A stretch of 56,783 bases of DNA from Phoronis australis (taxonomy: Eukaryota; Animalia; Phoronida): contig NMRA01000590.1 of the NCBI GenBank assembly GCA_002633005.1, positions 204,639 to 261,421 on the forward strand. The letters run 5' to 3'. A program made the position numbers and the translations under genes. Positions 32,591-44,779 of this stretch are shown here, piece after piece. The notes beneath the pieces were generated by a model that did no database searches, had not been told where the DNA came from, and saw only the letters and a list, made by a program, of their open reading frames with translations. Position 1 is the first letter of the stretch, and every line of letters begins with the position of its first letter.

Positions 32591-35500
32591 GTGTAAATAG
32601 ACAAGAGGTCGGTGTAAATAGACCAATAGATTTTACTAATAGTTGTAACACGCCACCATCTCAGAGCGGTTTTAGAAAGTGATGTGGAAACTGTGAAACC
32701 CATCCGTCTATAATGTTTACCATCATCTAGTGACTCATGTATTATTGAGACCAAACAATGGTTTAGAATATTTCTATACCGAGGTATGCTAAGCATAAGT
32801 TTTGTTTCATGAGTACTATAAATAATATTACTGTTTAGAAATCAGAATAACGATACATCTGGGCAAGAAGTCACCATTCCGGAAAAGGAATATTTACAGG
32901 AACAATATCAACAGTAATAAAATATACCCGCATTTGTACACACACAGAAAAATATTTAAGAGATGCTTACAAAGGTAAGTTGTTAGGTTACGCAAAGACA
33001 TTTGATAGTAAACTTAAAATTGCTAAACAAACACTCCAAAACCACGTCAATGGTTATATGATAAGTTTCCATGAACCAAAAATTAGTCAAAGTTGAACTA
33101 CATCGCTGTTATAAATCAGGACTTCTTACAAGTCTCGTAACGTTACCTACATATCGGACGACTGGTAATTATTTATTAACTTATTGAAATATTTGCAAAT
33201 GCGTTGCTATTAACTGTTGCAGAGACAGGACGGGGCAAAATACTTTAATTAAAACTGAAGTTATTTAAATTAGCCCCAAAATGAAACTATAGGATGTTTT
33301 GTGCGATGGATTCCCAATAACAAAGTTCTTTTCATTTTTAGACATGGCAATAGCAATAGCAAAAGCTAAAAATAAAGCCAAAGTACCAATAGCCAAAGGA
33401 AAATCATTCCAAGTATTTAGAGCCTGTTCTACTTCTTGTATATGTACCGTTAGACAAAAAATAATTCGTAAAACTTTACCTTCTGACTTGTATGAGCACC
33501 CGAGCAGTCACAACTGTACATAGAAATTTTTTTCCCTTTTATGTATTATGATGGCAATAACGCCGAAAAAAAGTTGCTGTGGTTTAACAATAAACCTGTC
33601 AGTTTTGAAAAGGTGCGACATGTGATTCCTGCTCATCCGGCTAGAGCCGCAACAAAAGCATGTAGACGATACTTCTTACATGAGCGTTTCACAGGAAATA
33701 TGAACAACATACAGGTGTTCGGTGTGCTCAGCGACATTATAGAAGGACTTTTTTTAGATAAAATCTAACCCCGCCCTCTGCTAAACGAGCTTTAGTGACG
33801 AGTGTCTGGGACTAACCTATAGTACACACCTTTTTGTTGACCGGCGCTGTTTTCATTTGCGCAAAGGAAAATGTTTGACGTTTGTAAACGCCCGAGCAAC
33901 ACGCTGGTAAGGTGAGTTGTGTTTGGGTGAGGTAATCAGGGCGATCAAAAAAGCAACTATGTGCATATCCGGTAACAGGTTTCACTCTCACTTGCGGACT
34001 CAGTAACATGAATCCAAATCAAATTTCATTGATTATTACGAAATGCATAACATTCGTCTACGTTATGAGTCGCATGCCGTCTAAAACCGAAAATCGTCTC
34101 CTAAATGGTGAAATTGTTTGACTTTACATGATTTTTCGTCTTCCTAACATTATAAGCAGGTACTTTCGTCCTTTAGATAACGTATTTTTTTCATTTTAAT
34201 TTAAAACATTCCTGCTTTAATTTTGGAAGTGCCCGAAAAAGCGGCCGAACTAGTATATTTTTAGAAAAACCGTATGCAAGGGTCTGCTCTCGGAAACGAG
34301 CTACTTTTTTAATCGTTTTTGATTTAGAAAAGACACTAAAAGTTTTCATTGTCGCCTTCACAAGTCACGTTTGTGAAGTGTGCAAATTGGGGACGGTACA
34401 ATGTCACTGCTGTTATTTACAAGGTACCGATTGTACACTGTCTTGCATGCTTCATTTCCTTTACAAAACCGGTCCAATAAAGACTTTTTTCAATTTGTCC
34501 ATGGAAATAAAACAAGACTTTACGAATTGGTGCATTCGTTGCCCTGACCGGGATCATTTTTTGCTCTTGTTTTGTTTGTTTGCATTCTATAGGTCGCATT
34601 TTCGTCCGATTCGCACAAAATTGTCACAAAAAACCTAACTATGGAATAGCACAAAGCCTGTACTTTTTCGTCATGATCGGAGTCAAGAAGGGCCATTTTG
34701 TTTTTGAATTCAGATTCAAATGCTCATAGAGGTCGCGATTTTTGACGTAGACGGCTGAAAATCTACACTATTATTGTAACAGACGTGTATTATACATTTG
34801 CTTTGAATTGTGAACTTCGAGCCAAAGATGGTGGAAATATCGGCTACTTAACCGGAAGTTTCAACTTGACGGACCTGATGCCGTTTCAACACTATTGAAT
34901 CGTGCTGGGTTGTTATTTTAAACACAAGAGCAAATGGCGTGAAACTTTACATGCTGATTTAAGTTTTACTCTTTCAAATGAATACTAAGTTTTTCTTGCA
35001 CAGGCCGTTTTAGTTAGTTGACTGTCATCTTAAAAAATGTATAGTCTGATTTTTTTCGAAAATTTCGGCAATTTATTGCAACTATTTGGTGTGATAGAAC
35101 TTTGAAAGGGTTTTCAGAAGGTGTTTTCTATTTTAGATAGGACGTCCCTTTATTGATTTTTGGGGATGTTGTGATGACGCTGTTCCTTTGTTGACTGACT
35201 TTTGGCGCACTTTTGTTTACGTTTTATTGAGCAAGACTACGTTTCTTACTCGTTTCGGACATTTTCATTCATTATACTTACTAACTTATAAAGAGTCATG
35301 TTGGTGCCGCTGACTGTCGCTCATCTGCTGCTTTTTAGGAATCTCCATTGGCCGTTTCGGCCCTGATCCAATTCGACTTCCAATACCCGGGCTCCGTGAG
35401 GTAGAAACTTACCTCAGGTCTTGCGACAGTCATGTTTCCATGTGTTACTTCTCTGCAGCCAGATGTATGCTGAAACTGCTTCTGTTGCTACTGAACAGGT

Positions 35501-36500
35501 CTTTTGTAGTTTTTGCCGTAATGGCTTGCGTGTTGTGAGCACCATAAGCTTCGTCATTCTCCGTAATTCTTTGCGGTAATCTTCTACAGCCAACCTCCAC
35601 ACGAATGTCGTGACACTTCAATCTATTATCTGTGGAGTAATGTATTAGACCTCGAGACTTAAGTGTTTTCTTCTCGTCAGCGACATCGACTCTCGTCTCC
35701 CATGTCAGTGTTAGCTCTACTATGGCCATTTTTTCGGGCTGTCTGACCATTAAACTATATCAGACCTCATTGCTGTCACTGCTCTGTTTGTTGGAAAACT
35801 TGCCAGATTTTCAATATCTACGGGCATCTTGTAGTCTATGGATTTGTGGAATAAACCCTGGTGTTGACTTCCTCTTTCATCACTGCACTTTTTCCCTGCT
35901 GTTCTTTCAATGGCCAAGACCTTCAGCACTTGTTTATGCCTCCATGTGTACATGGCCTCTGCCACTGCTGCTTTGCACGCCAACAGTATGGGCTACACAG
36001 TTCCCCGTTCCCATCAGCTAACACATCTGTCGTCTTCAGTTTCCCCCATCGACTCAAATACTCGTCGTGGGTAGTTGTTCGTAGTCTGCTCTAAGCACAA
36101 GGCTGAGTTTCTGATTTTCCGATGACAACAGATCTTCTGGAGTGGCCTTCTTTCTCAAGCAGCTATGTCAAGTTCTCCATTCNCCCCGTTCCCATCAGCT
36201 AACACATCTGTCGTCTTCAGTTTCCCCCATCGACTCAAATACTCGTCGTGGGTAGTTGTTAGTACTCTGCTCTAAACACAAGGCTGAGTTTCTGACTTTC
36301 CGATGACAACAAATCTTCTGGAGTGGCCTTCTTTCTCAAGCAGCTATGTCAAGTTATCCATTCACCCTGCTTCTTAAGTCCACTGCTATAGCATCCCTCT
36401 CCTCTTCCTCTGCAACGCGTTTCCTCTGAAGTGCTAGATCTCCACCTTCCTTCCCTTTTGTTTTCTTCCACCTGTTAGATGGTATGAAACCTTGCCCTTG

Positions 36501-37381
36501 TGTCAGAATTAATATGTATTAAGTAATTGGAAAGAATAGATCCATTTCAAGTTGCCGAAAATTTGTTAATATTTAATTTTAAATCATGGGGTCAAACTTG
36601 TTGACATGTATTTTAACGGCAAAATCTATTTTTAAATGGTGTTTACAACTTTGGGTTCTGGGGTCAGACCAATCTAGAGATTCTAGAAAATTCTTAGAAC
36701 AGATCGTAACAGCCAACGATGTGATTAGCTAAGACCATGTGGTTTTTATTAGCCAATCTCTAAATGAGTAGAATATTATAAAATGGGCTAAAATCAAGAA
36801 GATATTCACATGTGCCATTGTAGTTGAAGCATAAAGGCTTGCTACAGTGTACAACAGAGCCATCTCAAAAGATTCTAGAGAGGATCTTGGCAAGGGCAAG
36901 GGTTAACGAAAGGGAAGTTAACTAAGAGCTTGTCACTTGCATTGTGGGTAGTAAGATACTGACTGAAGTGTTGCGTCACCAGAGACTGTGAGCAGCAAAA
37001 AGAATCATGGGTAGTAGAAATTGCTTACAAGTGTTGAAACACCAGAGACGGTGACTAGCAATTATACTGTTGCAGTACAGTGTGTGTGTAGTTCGAAGAT
37101 TCACCAATAGGACAGTCATCCAACAAGTGGAGAGTGCTACCTTGGATAGAAGATAAGACATTTCATTACTTTGGTTCATTGATTGAAGAAATCTTTAAAG
37201 AGGGCGCTAGCGTAGTTACTCTTATTTGTAGTTGATTACGTAATTAACAATAGGTTTCACTTGTCTAATTAGTGATTATCATATAATAAATGAATTACTG
37301 GATTTGATTATTCACTCTCCATCTACGCACAATGTCGAAGGCTAGCTAACTTTTAAACAAACCCACAGTCAATCTCTGACA
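36501..37381 (+). mobile_element. Solo LTR (881 bp) inserted in the HERO ORF
   Basis: Termini TGTCAGA...TCTGACA; 5-bp flanking repeat CCTTG/CATTG (one mismatch); CCAAT 36753, TATA-like 36774-36783, AATAAA 37285. Removing it restores host reading VARQ|GQGFIP. Confidence 0.8.
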
Positions 37382-37590
37382 CATTGTCTTGCCACGTACA
37401 CTGTTCCTACTATATCGCTGTGCCGCAGTCTGCTCTCTGCCACCGCCGCCGACACATCCCACTTTATACCTGACGTGATCTCTACTCTAGCACGCCTCAC
37501 CAAACTATCCTTAGAACCCTTCAACGTCATCCAGACTCTATCTTTCCCGACCTTGGACTTCTGTACTAGTGACTTTGTTGGTAAGGCTAC

Positions 37591-37800
37591 TTGCCTTTTT
37601 CGGGTATATCGTTTTTTCGACTTCCTCGAGAGCCCGAACTGAGGCTTAGGAAGTGGCTCGCGGTGGTGAAGAATGAAATCTACGCTGTTAATAGCAAGTA
37701 TGAGGCCGTGAATCATCTCCGTGTCTGGGGCCGGCATTTCGTCGACAGTGATTTCTCTAACGAATTCCGGTTTACCAAAGAACTATCCATACTTCCCGTT
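37591..37800 (+). pseudogene. THAP zinc-finger domain fragment (DNA-transposon derived)
   Basis: GISFFRLPREPELRLRKWLAVVK...LRVWGRHFVDSDF matches THAP F..P...W...VC..HF...F; N-terminal Cys pair missing and third Cys replaced by Trp. Confidence 0.75.
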
Positions 37801-39623
37801 ATCTGTGCATGTTCACGGCGCCTCTCCAGTATTTCATGATCAGTGTATTCCGGTTCGAACTGATAGCCTGTGAAACCTAACGATCCGACCCGTGAAGTCT
37901 TCGTCGGATGAGCTCTTGACTACAGAAGTCGGGATTGGCGCCGGGCGAGTTGCCATGTATTCTGCGTTTTGTTTGAAAATGAATTATTCTCATCCTAACC
38001 AATGCGTAAAAAACTGAAACAAAGTCTGCCTCAATAGATACAATTTGTAATGCCTTTGCAGTATTCGTGAGTGAAAATGTTGAGGACCAAGCTATGAATA
38101 AACCACTGCATTTACCGGCCATTGATTCCGGCAATTAGGTTATTGACCGCATACATTCATTTCCCAACGCATAAAGTATCACCCGTCGCCCTACTATGGC
38201 AAAGAGAATCTTGATTATATGCAAAGAAAAGAAATGGATGTTAAGTTCTCTACTTTTTTGTCGCTACTTTGTTGGGGATAAAACACCCCTCGGACTTGGC
38301 CCATCCGCTTGAGAGTGTTTCAGATTNCCCGTCGCCCTACTATGGCAAAGAGAATCTTGATTATATGCAAAGAAAAGAAATGGATGTTAAGTTCTCTACT
38401 TTTTTGTCGCTACTTTGTTGGGGCTAAAACACCCCTCGGACTTGGCCCATCCGCTTGAGAGTGTTTCAGATTTCCAAAGTGCCCGCAATAGCTTCCATAA
38501 GAGTGGGCACCACTTGTAGACTTTGTAGGACAATCCTGAAAGAGCCGGTGTTGAGCTCATACTTGCTTTTTGACCACTTCCTGCACTTCACATTCCTCTA
38601 ACTCCTCCATTTCAAAGGTCACTCCTGGTTGGTCCCCAATGATCATTCAGTCGGCTGGTGGTTGTGGATTGTCACGGCCTAAGTCGTTGTGCACCTTCTA
38701 GGGATGTACCTGTAGTTCTTCTCTTTTGGCTTCCATCTTTCCACTAACGACCTTAGCCAGTAGCTGTTTCACGAAACCATAAAGGTTCTAGATGAATTTC
38801 TGTCTTCGTGTCGCGTAATCCTTGCGTTGATTTATTAGCCTTTCTGCTCGCCTCAGGTTTAACAGAAGGTCCCTCAGCTCCTCATGCAAGACCGCTAAGC
38901 CTTCTCTCTGTCCGTCAGCACTCATGTAGATCAGGATAAGGTGTCGAAGTTCTGCACGGATGTCGCTCATTTTTCTTTGTCTTGGAATGGGTCCCGCTGA
39001 TGGTTTGTTCTCTTTTTTGTTTCACAATCACTCTAATTCTGTCCTTACAGACATTGCGTCTGTTATTGTTGACATCTTTCTTTTAACAGGTCTTTTCAAT
39101 GATACCTTCAAGATGCTTTTCAGGTTTTGATCTAACTGACTCTACATTATTGGGTATGCATTATGTGGCCAGGACATCTTCTTTGCCGGTTGCGAGTTGG
39201 CCAGATCATTTTCGGCACTATGCATCTGAGATTGGAAGGGTTACCGGTCTGCTGGATCAGCCGTAGCTAGCTGAATACCCCCTTCCCTTCGCCCGATGAC
39301 ACCACCATTCGCTCTGCAGGAATGTTCCTCGTTTACCTTCCCCCCAGGTTCCTGAACACCTTCGGTCATCAGTATTAGTTTCCACCACCATACATGTACG
39401 GTATCCTGACTGCCTGGGTCATGTTAATCAGAATGGGATACGGAGTTTAAAACGTCATCGTCCTCTAGTTCTGTGTCACCTGTTGCAGGGAAATATGCCT
39501 TTACCCTCCCTTGGCGTCAGTAACAATACGACTTTGTCCTTATATCCTACCGTCTTACTGGTCGACCTGTTCTCATTAAGAGTTGCTGCTGTCAACACTT
39601 TATTTCCTCTTGTGTATTCTTAC

Positions 39624-40515
39624 GAATTGTTCTGAAGACCCCTCGACCCCCACAGCCCTCTATCCCCTCGGCCCACGACACCCTCGACCCAGAACCCCCT
39701 CGACCCACGACCCTCGACCCCCTCGACTCCCTCGATCTAAGACCCAGAACCCTCTCGACCCAGTGTACACAAAATCGACTCGATCAGAGTATAGCAGAAG
39801 CGCTGACTTATAGAACAAATGAGTTGGGCACTGAGCTCGTCCGCTTTTTTAATGTTTTTGCAACTAAGGCAGTCGATTCAGAAAATATGAATTCAACAAC
39901 CGAAAAAACGCAACCAAATCAAATCAAAGACTTACCAACCTTAAAAAAGTCGTTCCCGGAAAAGTGTAATCGTCTCGTCAGTTCTTCAATGAGTTGCATC
40001 GGAGTGCGAGGAACCGACAAACTGTAATTCCACCAGTAATTGCAGCTTGAAAAAACAAACTGTTAACTAAAACTATTTCAACGTATCATGGAGTATACTG
40101 CGAATGAGTATACACCCTGTACAATATAGTGCAAATAATAAAAATATGTCATTATGTAAATTCACGTTTACGTACCCTCTCCCTAATTTCATTAGGACTG
40201 GCCCATTAATGGTTGCTCGTGGAACTATTTCCTTGACTACGATAGCCTGTTCTCAAGCCCTATTCAAGACCACCGGCGTTCACGCCACTTTCTGTTTTCA
40301 ACCACGAGAGACTCCTGTGTAGGTATGTGCTATGGGAAAGCCACCCAACGGCGTAATACGATTATGAAATATGTAGAAAGCGCACTGATACCTCTATTGC
40401 AACAGGTCGTGGGTCGTGGATCATGGGTCGAGGGGGTTGTGGGTCGAGAGAGTTGTGGGACGAGGGAGTTGTGGGTCGAGAAATGTGGGGATCGAAGGGG
40501 GTTTCAGAAAAATCC
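39624..40515. mobile_element. Non-autonomous foldback/MULE-like DNA element (892 bp)
   Basis: Perfect 9-bp TSD TATTCTTAC (39615-39623, 40516-40524); TIRs G(A/G)ATT(G/T)TTCTGAA followed by tandem CCCTCGACCC(ACGA) subrepeats mirrored as GGGTCGAG at the right end; no ORF. Confidence 0.85.
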
Positions 40516-41509
40516 TATTCTTACTCCTAATGCATTCTTGCTCACTTTCCCACACATGCTGCAATTGTTGTCGTCGTTTTTAGGCGTTGTCCTTTGACTG
40601 TCGTTGGTCGTCACGGTCATGTTGGTTCTTCCTCCACCCCCGCTCTTGCCTGGGGGGTATTCTCTTTGCAAAATATGTGGGTGTCGATCTTGAAAATCGA
40701 CTGCAGGATTGGGCTGCAAACTCGTCTGCCCCGTCCAGCCTATCGCGGATATCACTTGTCCACGGTTATCGTTTTATTCATCATCGCCACCATCAATAGC
40801 ATCATTGTCAAAATCATCTCCTTTCCCACTTATCATCCGATACTCTTTGCAGTCAATTTTTCTAAAGGTGTCTCCTCCGAGCGCTTTCATCAAATTACAT
40901 GTCATATTTTTCGTCTCATTCGCACGAAATTCTCACAAAGCTTCGGAATAGCTCGACTCTTATTATTTTTCGTGCTGATCGGTTTCAAAATGGCGGATGT
41001 GGCGGCCATTATGTTTCCAATTCGGATTCAATCGTACACCATTATTGTAGCAGATTACAGTAGAACGGTTGTGTTAAAATTGACGGTAATAGCAGCCATT
41101 GCGTTTGGGAACTTCGATCTTGCAACAAGAACATTTTGTCCTGGTAAAAGCGCTTTGTAGAACCAGTTGCTTCGAAATTGTATGTGTTAAATTCATGTAA
41201 GTATTTGTTATCGAATGCTAACTAACGGGAATGGTTTATCTAACACATTTTCATGACTATTCAGTCGCGATGGGATTTTATCTTGAACAAATTGGATTCT
41301 TTACCATGAATTCTTTCAAATGAATAGGAACAGTTTTTCTCAGACGTACAATTTTGGAGTTACTTGACTTTCCGTTTAAAAATTAAATGCAAAATTTAAA
41401 TTCAGTTTGGAAAATTTGTGAACTTTTGTGAAAATGCTTTGTTAGATTGAGTTTTGAACAAGCTTGCAGAACGCTAGGACGACTCTTTTTTAATTATCTG
41501 GGAATTTCT

Positions 41510-41610
41510 GAATATGACGATGTTCTTTTGTTGACTGATTTTTGCTGCACTTTTGTTGGTTGACCTTCTATTTAACAAGACTATATTTCTTACTCATTTC
41601 TGACATCGTC
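41510..41610 (+). repeat. Interspersed repeat fragment shared with about 35172-35265
   Basis: ATGACG.TGTTC.TTTGTTGACTGA.TTTTG..GCACTTTTGTT..CAAGACTA..TTTCTTACTC.TTTC.GACAT in both. Confidence 0.75.
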
Positions 41611-43067
41611 ATGCCTCATATGATTTTATCATCATGTTCATAATGGCCACTATCATTATCATCATCAGCATCATGATTGCTTCCATTGCCAGTTATCTTA
41701 CATTGTTTTTTTCCGTCGATTTAACCAAGTGTCGTTCTTTCGAAAGCTTTTGCTGTTTTGTTTTAAAAAAAATTTAGAAGGAGGCTTCGAACTATGGAGC
41801 TGAACCATCTTTTTTTTCAAAATTAGTAATCGCATTGTGTCTGCGGTAAATGGTACGCCACGGTATCGAAGAAGTATAAAATTGTAAATTTTAAAACGAT
41901 ACCAGTACTGCTTTGCGTGAACTGTGGCGTTTTCCTAGCGGGTGATTTACGAACAGCTGTTAACAATCGTTTAGTTTGGTGAGGTTTCTTAAGACCGTAC
42001 TACATATCTCAATGAATGACTCGTGTTTCACGAGTACGTTACTGACCTTACAAGCGTACGCAAACAAGTTGGCCGCTAGCAACTTGGCTAAAACCAAAGA
42101 TCACAAACTGGTTCAACATCTGGGACAGCAATTACTATTCCTTTTATTATAATCTCAAGGTACAGTACGTGCCTACATTTCTCTGCTCGAGAATGTCATG
42201 TTTTACGAGGATCCCTGTCAAGTCTTAGTTTTCACGTGTGAAACCTTGCATTAAAGATATTCGTACGAGATTGAACTCGAAATGGCCGATATTGGTAGCT
42301 CGAATCTAAAAGTAATCAAGTGCGAAGTCGTGCCAGAATCTCGTCTCAGAAACCATTAATTACATGTATAGTAGGCTGTAACTGCACATTAAGTTTCTTT
42401 TTGTAGTGAAGGAGGGCGGAGAATGCCAAGCACACATGTAAATTTGAATTCGATTTCGAGTGACAAAGATTAGACCCCTGGTACTGGGCTATCTTCCATC
42501 ACAACTCTAGACATGGAATGCCAAGTCTCGCACGTAATCCATACATGCTTGTGTTAGAACTTGCGACAATGAGATTTCACGGGACTGGCTGAGAGAATTT
42601 ACAAGGTGAATTTCCGCTTGTCTGCTCGACTGTGTTTTAATCGAGTGTTGTAGTTATCAATCACGTCTTATTTCACATACATTTTTTCGTTTTGTACAAA
42701 ATGGATTCAGCAAGCGAGACTCTTAATGCACAGTTTCAGGTAACCAGCGATTTTGTGGCAAAATTAATCAACATACGCATCAATAACTCTGTCCTTTCAT
42801 TATATGCACTGACCCGTGATCCTGACTTGTTGGTACGTAGCGTAATCTGGTCTGTGATGTTTTTTTTCAGCCCCGGCCTTAGAGACACTTTCTACACCCT
42901 ATCGCACTACACGTTAGGAGTTTTTCAACAATACATTTTCGAGTATGAAAATCTTGCTGTTTTACAGGAAAACGGCATTTGTGTTTGTTTTGCACTTATA
43001 ACAGAAAAGAACTGGTGTGTCTACGTAACTTCCGAAAAACTACTGTTGTATTTATTTGCGTAGCTAA

Positions 43068-43200
43068 ATGTGTGTGTGTGTGTATGTGTGTGTGTGTGTG
43101 TGTTGGTGTGTGGGTTGTGTGTGTGTGTGTGTATGCGTGTGTGTGTGTGTGTGCGGGCGTGTGTGCGTGCGTGAGTGTGTGCCTGCTTGTGCGTGTGTGT
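43068..43200. repeat. Imperfect (TG)n microsatellite
   Basis: Direct reading. Confidence 0.95.
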
Positions 43201-44779
43201 TCTGTTTTTGTAAACTTATTTGAACACTGGAACACCATTGTCGATGTACATTTATTGGTGGATTGATCTAGTAATTCAATAATATGTCTTTCATGATAAA
43301 ACTGTGTTCAGTTATAGAGCAAGGATGGATTCACATGTGCTCGATTCAGTTCACTGTTTGTAATTGTCAACATTGAGCGATGTATTTGATTTCGTGCAAG
43401 AAATTAAACTTTTCCAGCAGTCTTTAAGTTTTAAGGTTTTATGCAGCTCAGTCATAAAAATGCGTAACTTGTAGAAAGCACAGTCCACGGTGTTTCTCGG
43501 GGATAAAAAGTCAACTAAACCATTTCTTTTTCCCTCATGTTTAATCCAGGAAATAATTGAAAACTCAAAATGGGTAAAGATTTGATTTAGGCATTATTCT
43601 CTCAGAAATCACAAATTCACAAATACCTGGGCCTGAACAAGGAAGCCATTCCGTTAAATTGGCGAGTATTCCGTGCAAGAATCTTATGAGTGAGTCTAGT
43701 GTGACCAAGTGCTTCGCTTATTTACATTGCGATATCTCGCGAAGTCTTGCGGGCTCTTTCATTTTTCGCGAGTTACTCGCGTCTACGAAATACAAGCCTG
43801 GGCACAGGCCATTTGCGTAGGCCTTTTTAGACGAAACTACCTTGAATTGAATACCATTTCCCATTTACTGCATAATTGCCATCAAACTTTAATTCCCTCC
43901 ATTAGTTTCTGGAGCTTCGAAGGCCGCAGCTTTATTCTTAATAACCCGTTATTTATGCTGGGGAGGTGAAACGTTTGATTAAAAGTTTCCGTTCCATAAC
44001 CGAAGATTTCTGTTCACAGTTGTGTAGCAAGCACCTTCAGGCAAAATGCATTTCTCTATTTTTATACTAAAATGTTATAAATACTTAATAATTGTTCTTG
44101 NAGTTACTCGCGTCTACGAAATACAAGCCTGGGCACAGGCCATTTGCGTAGGCCTTTTTAGACGAAACTACCTTGAAGAAGAATTGAATACCATTTCCCA
44201 TTTACTGCATAATTGCCATCAAACTTTAATTCCATCCATTAGTTTCTGGAGCTTCGAAGGCCGCAGCTTTATTCTTAATAACCCGTTATTTATGCTGGGG
44301 AGGTGAAACGTTTGATTAAAAGTTTCCGTTCCATAACCGAAGATTTCTGTTCACAAAATGCATTTCTCTATTTTTATACTAAAATGTTATAAATACTTAA
44401 TAATTGTTCTTGACCTAGTTCGAGTTTAAAGAGAACGGAAATGTGTTAGTGCATAAAATGGCCCAGAAGTTGAATCTCTACCGTGCCTGTCAAGAGTGGA
44501 AATGGCCACTTGTTCTACATGCAGCTTGATGGGGGGTGATTCCAGTTCTTGCCCTGCCGCCATGATTTTCGCAATTCTGTCTCTTCCTCTCCCTCAAGTA
44601 CGCGTTGAGGTTGCTGATATCAGACAATTACCTTTACTTGCCGATCGTGTCCCTGATGATATTCATTTTTTTGAAATTTGCCCAAACAGTTTATGTGGAA
44701 ATCATTTGGCCCCACCGAAATACAATTGCCATACTCGCCATACTTGCGCCGGTGAACCCCACGCATGCATTGGAAATGT

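Larger units (their letters stand above)
32248..32647. mobile_element. Palindromic non-autonomous retroelement-like unit: two inverted ~150-bp hammerhead-containing arms around a tRNA-like cassette
   Basis: Arms 32248-32398 and 32497-32647 are imperfect reverse complements along their length; each has CTGACGA..GAAACGTC; the spacer has Pol III A and B boxes. Confidence 0.8.
35290..40750 (-). mobile_element. Decayed HERO-clade (R2-group, restriction-like endonuclease) non-LTR retrotransposon, interrupted by three insertions
   Basis: Collinear minus-strand fragments: N-terminal zinc finger CSMCGKVSKNALGVRI|HKRK; REGLAVLHEELRDLLLNLRRAE; pre-RT GLSYKVYKWCPLLWKLLRALW..WAKSEGCF; LPTKSLVQKSKVGK..SGIKW..AESRLRHSDIVG; YTWRHKQVL; RLE RSDIV*W..AIVELTLTWE..EKK..VEVGCR. 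These match motifs I recognise from HERO elements. Many stops and frameshifts. Confidence 0.88.

Noticed and set aside
35310-35375. Hammerhead-like words (GAAAC, CAGATGA) in the HERO 3' UTR
   Set aside because: Core is mutated and I could not form stems I-III in any topology.
36003-36365. ~180-bp tandem duplication in the HERO element
   Set aside because: Junction is the single N at 36183; same assembly pattern.
38181-38472. ~145-bp tandem duplication
   Set aside because: Junction is the single N at 38327; assembly artefact likely.
40594-41160. Longest ORF in the track (188 aa, + strand)
   Set aside because: Non-ATG start, partly antisense to the HERO 5' end, no recognisable motifs or splice context.
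42979-43266. CV-rich and HT-rich ORFs
   Set aside because: Translations of the (TG)n microsatellite.
43770-44412. ~320-bp tandem duplication with twin 86-aa ORFs
   Set aside because: Junction is the single N at 44101; the ORFs have no recognisable features.
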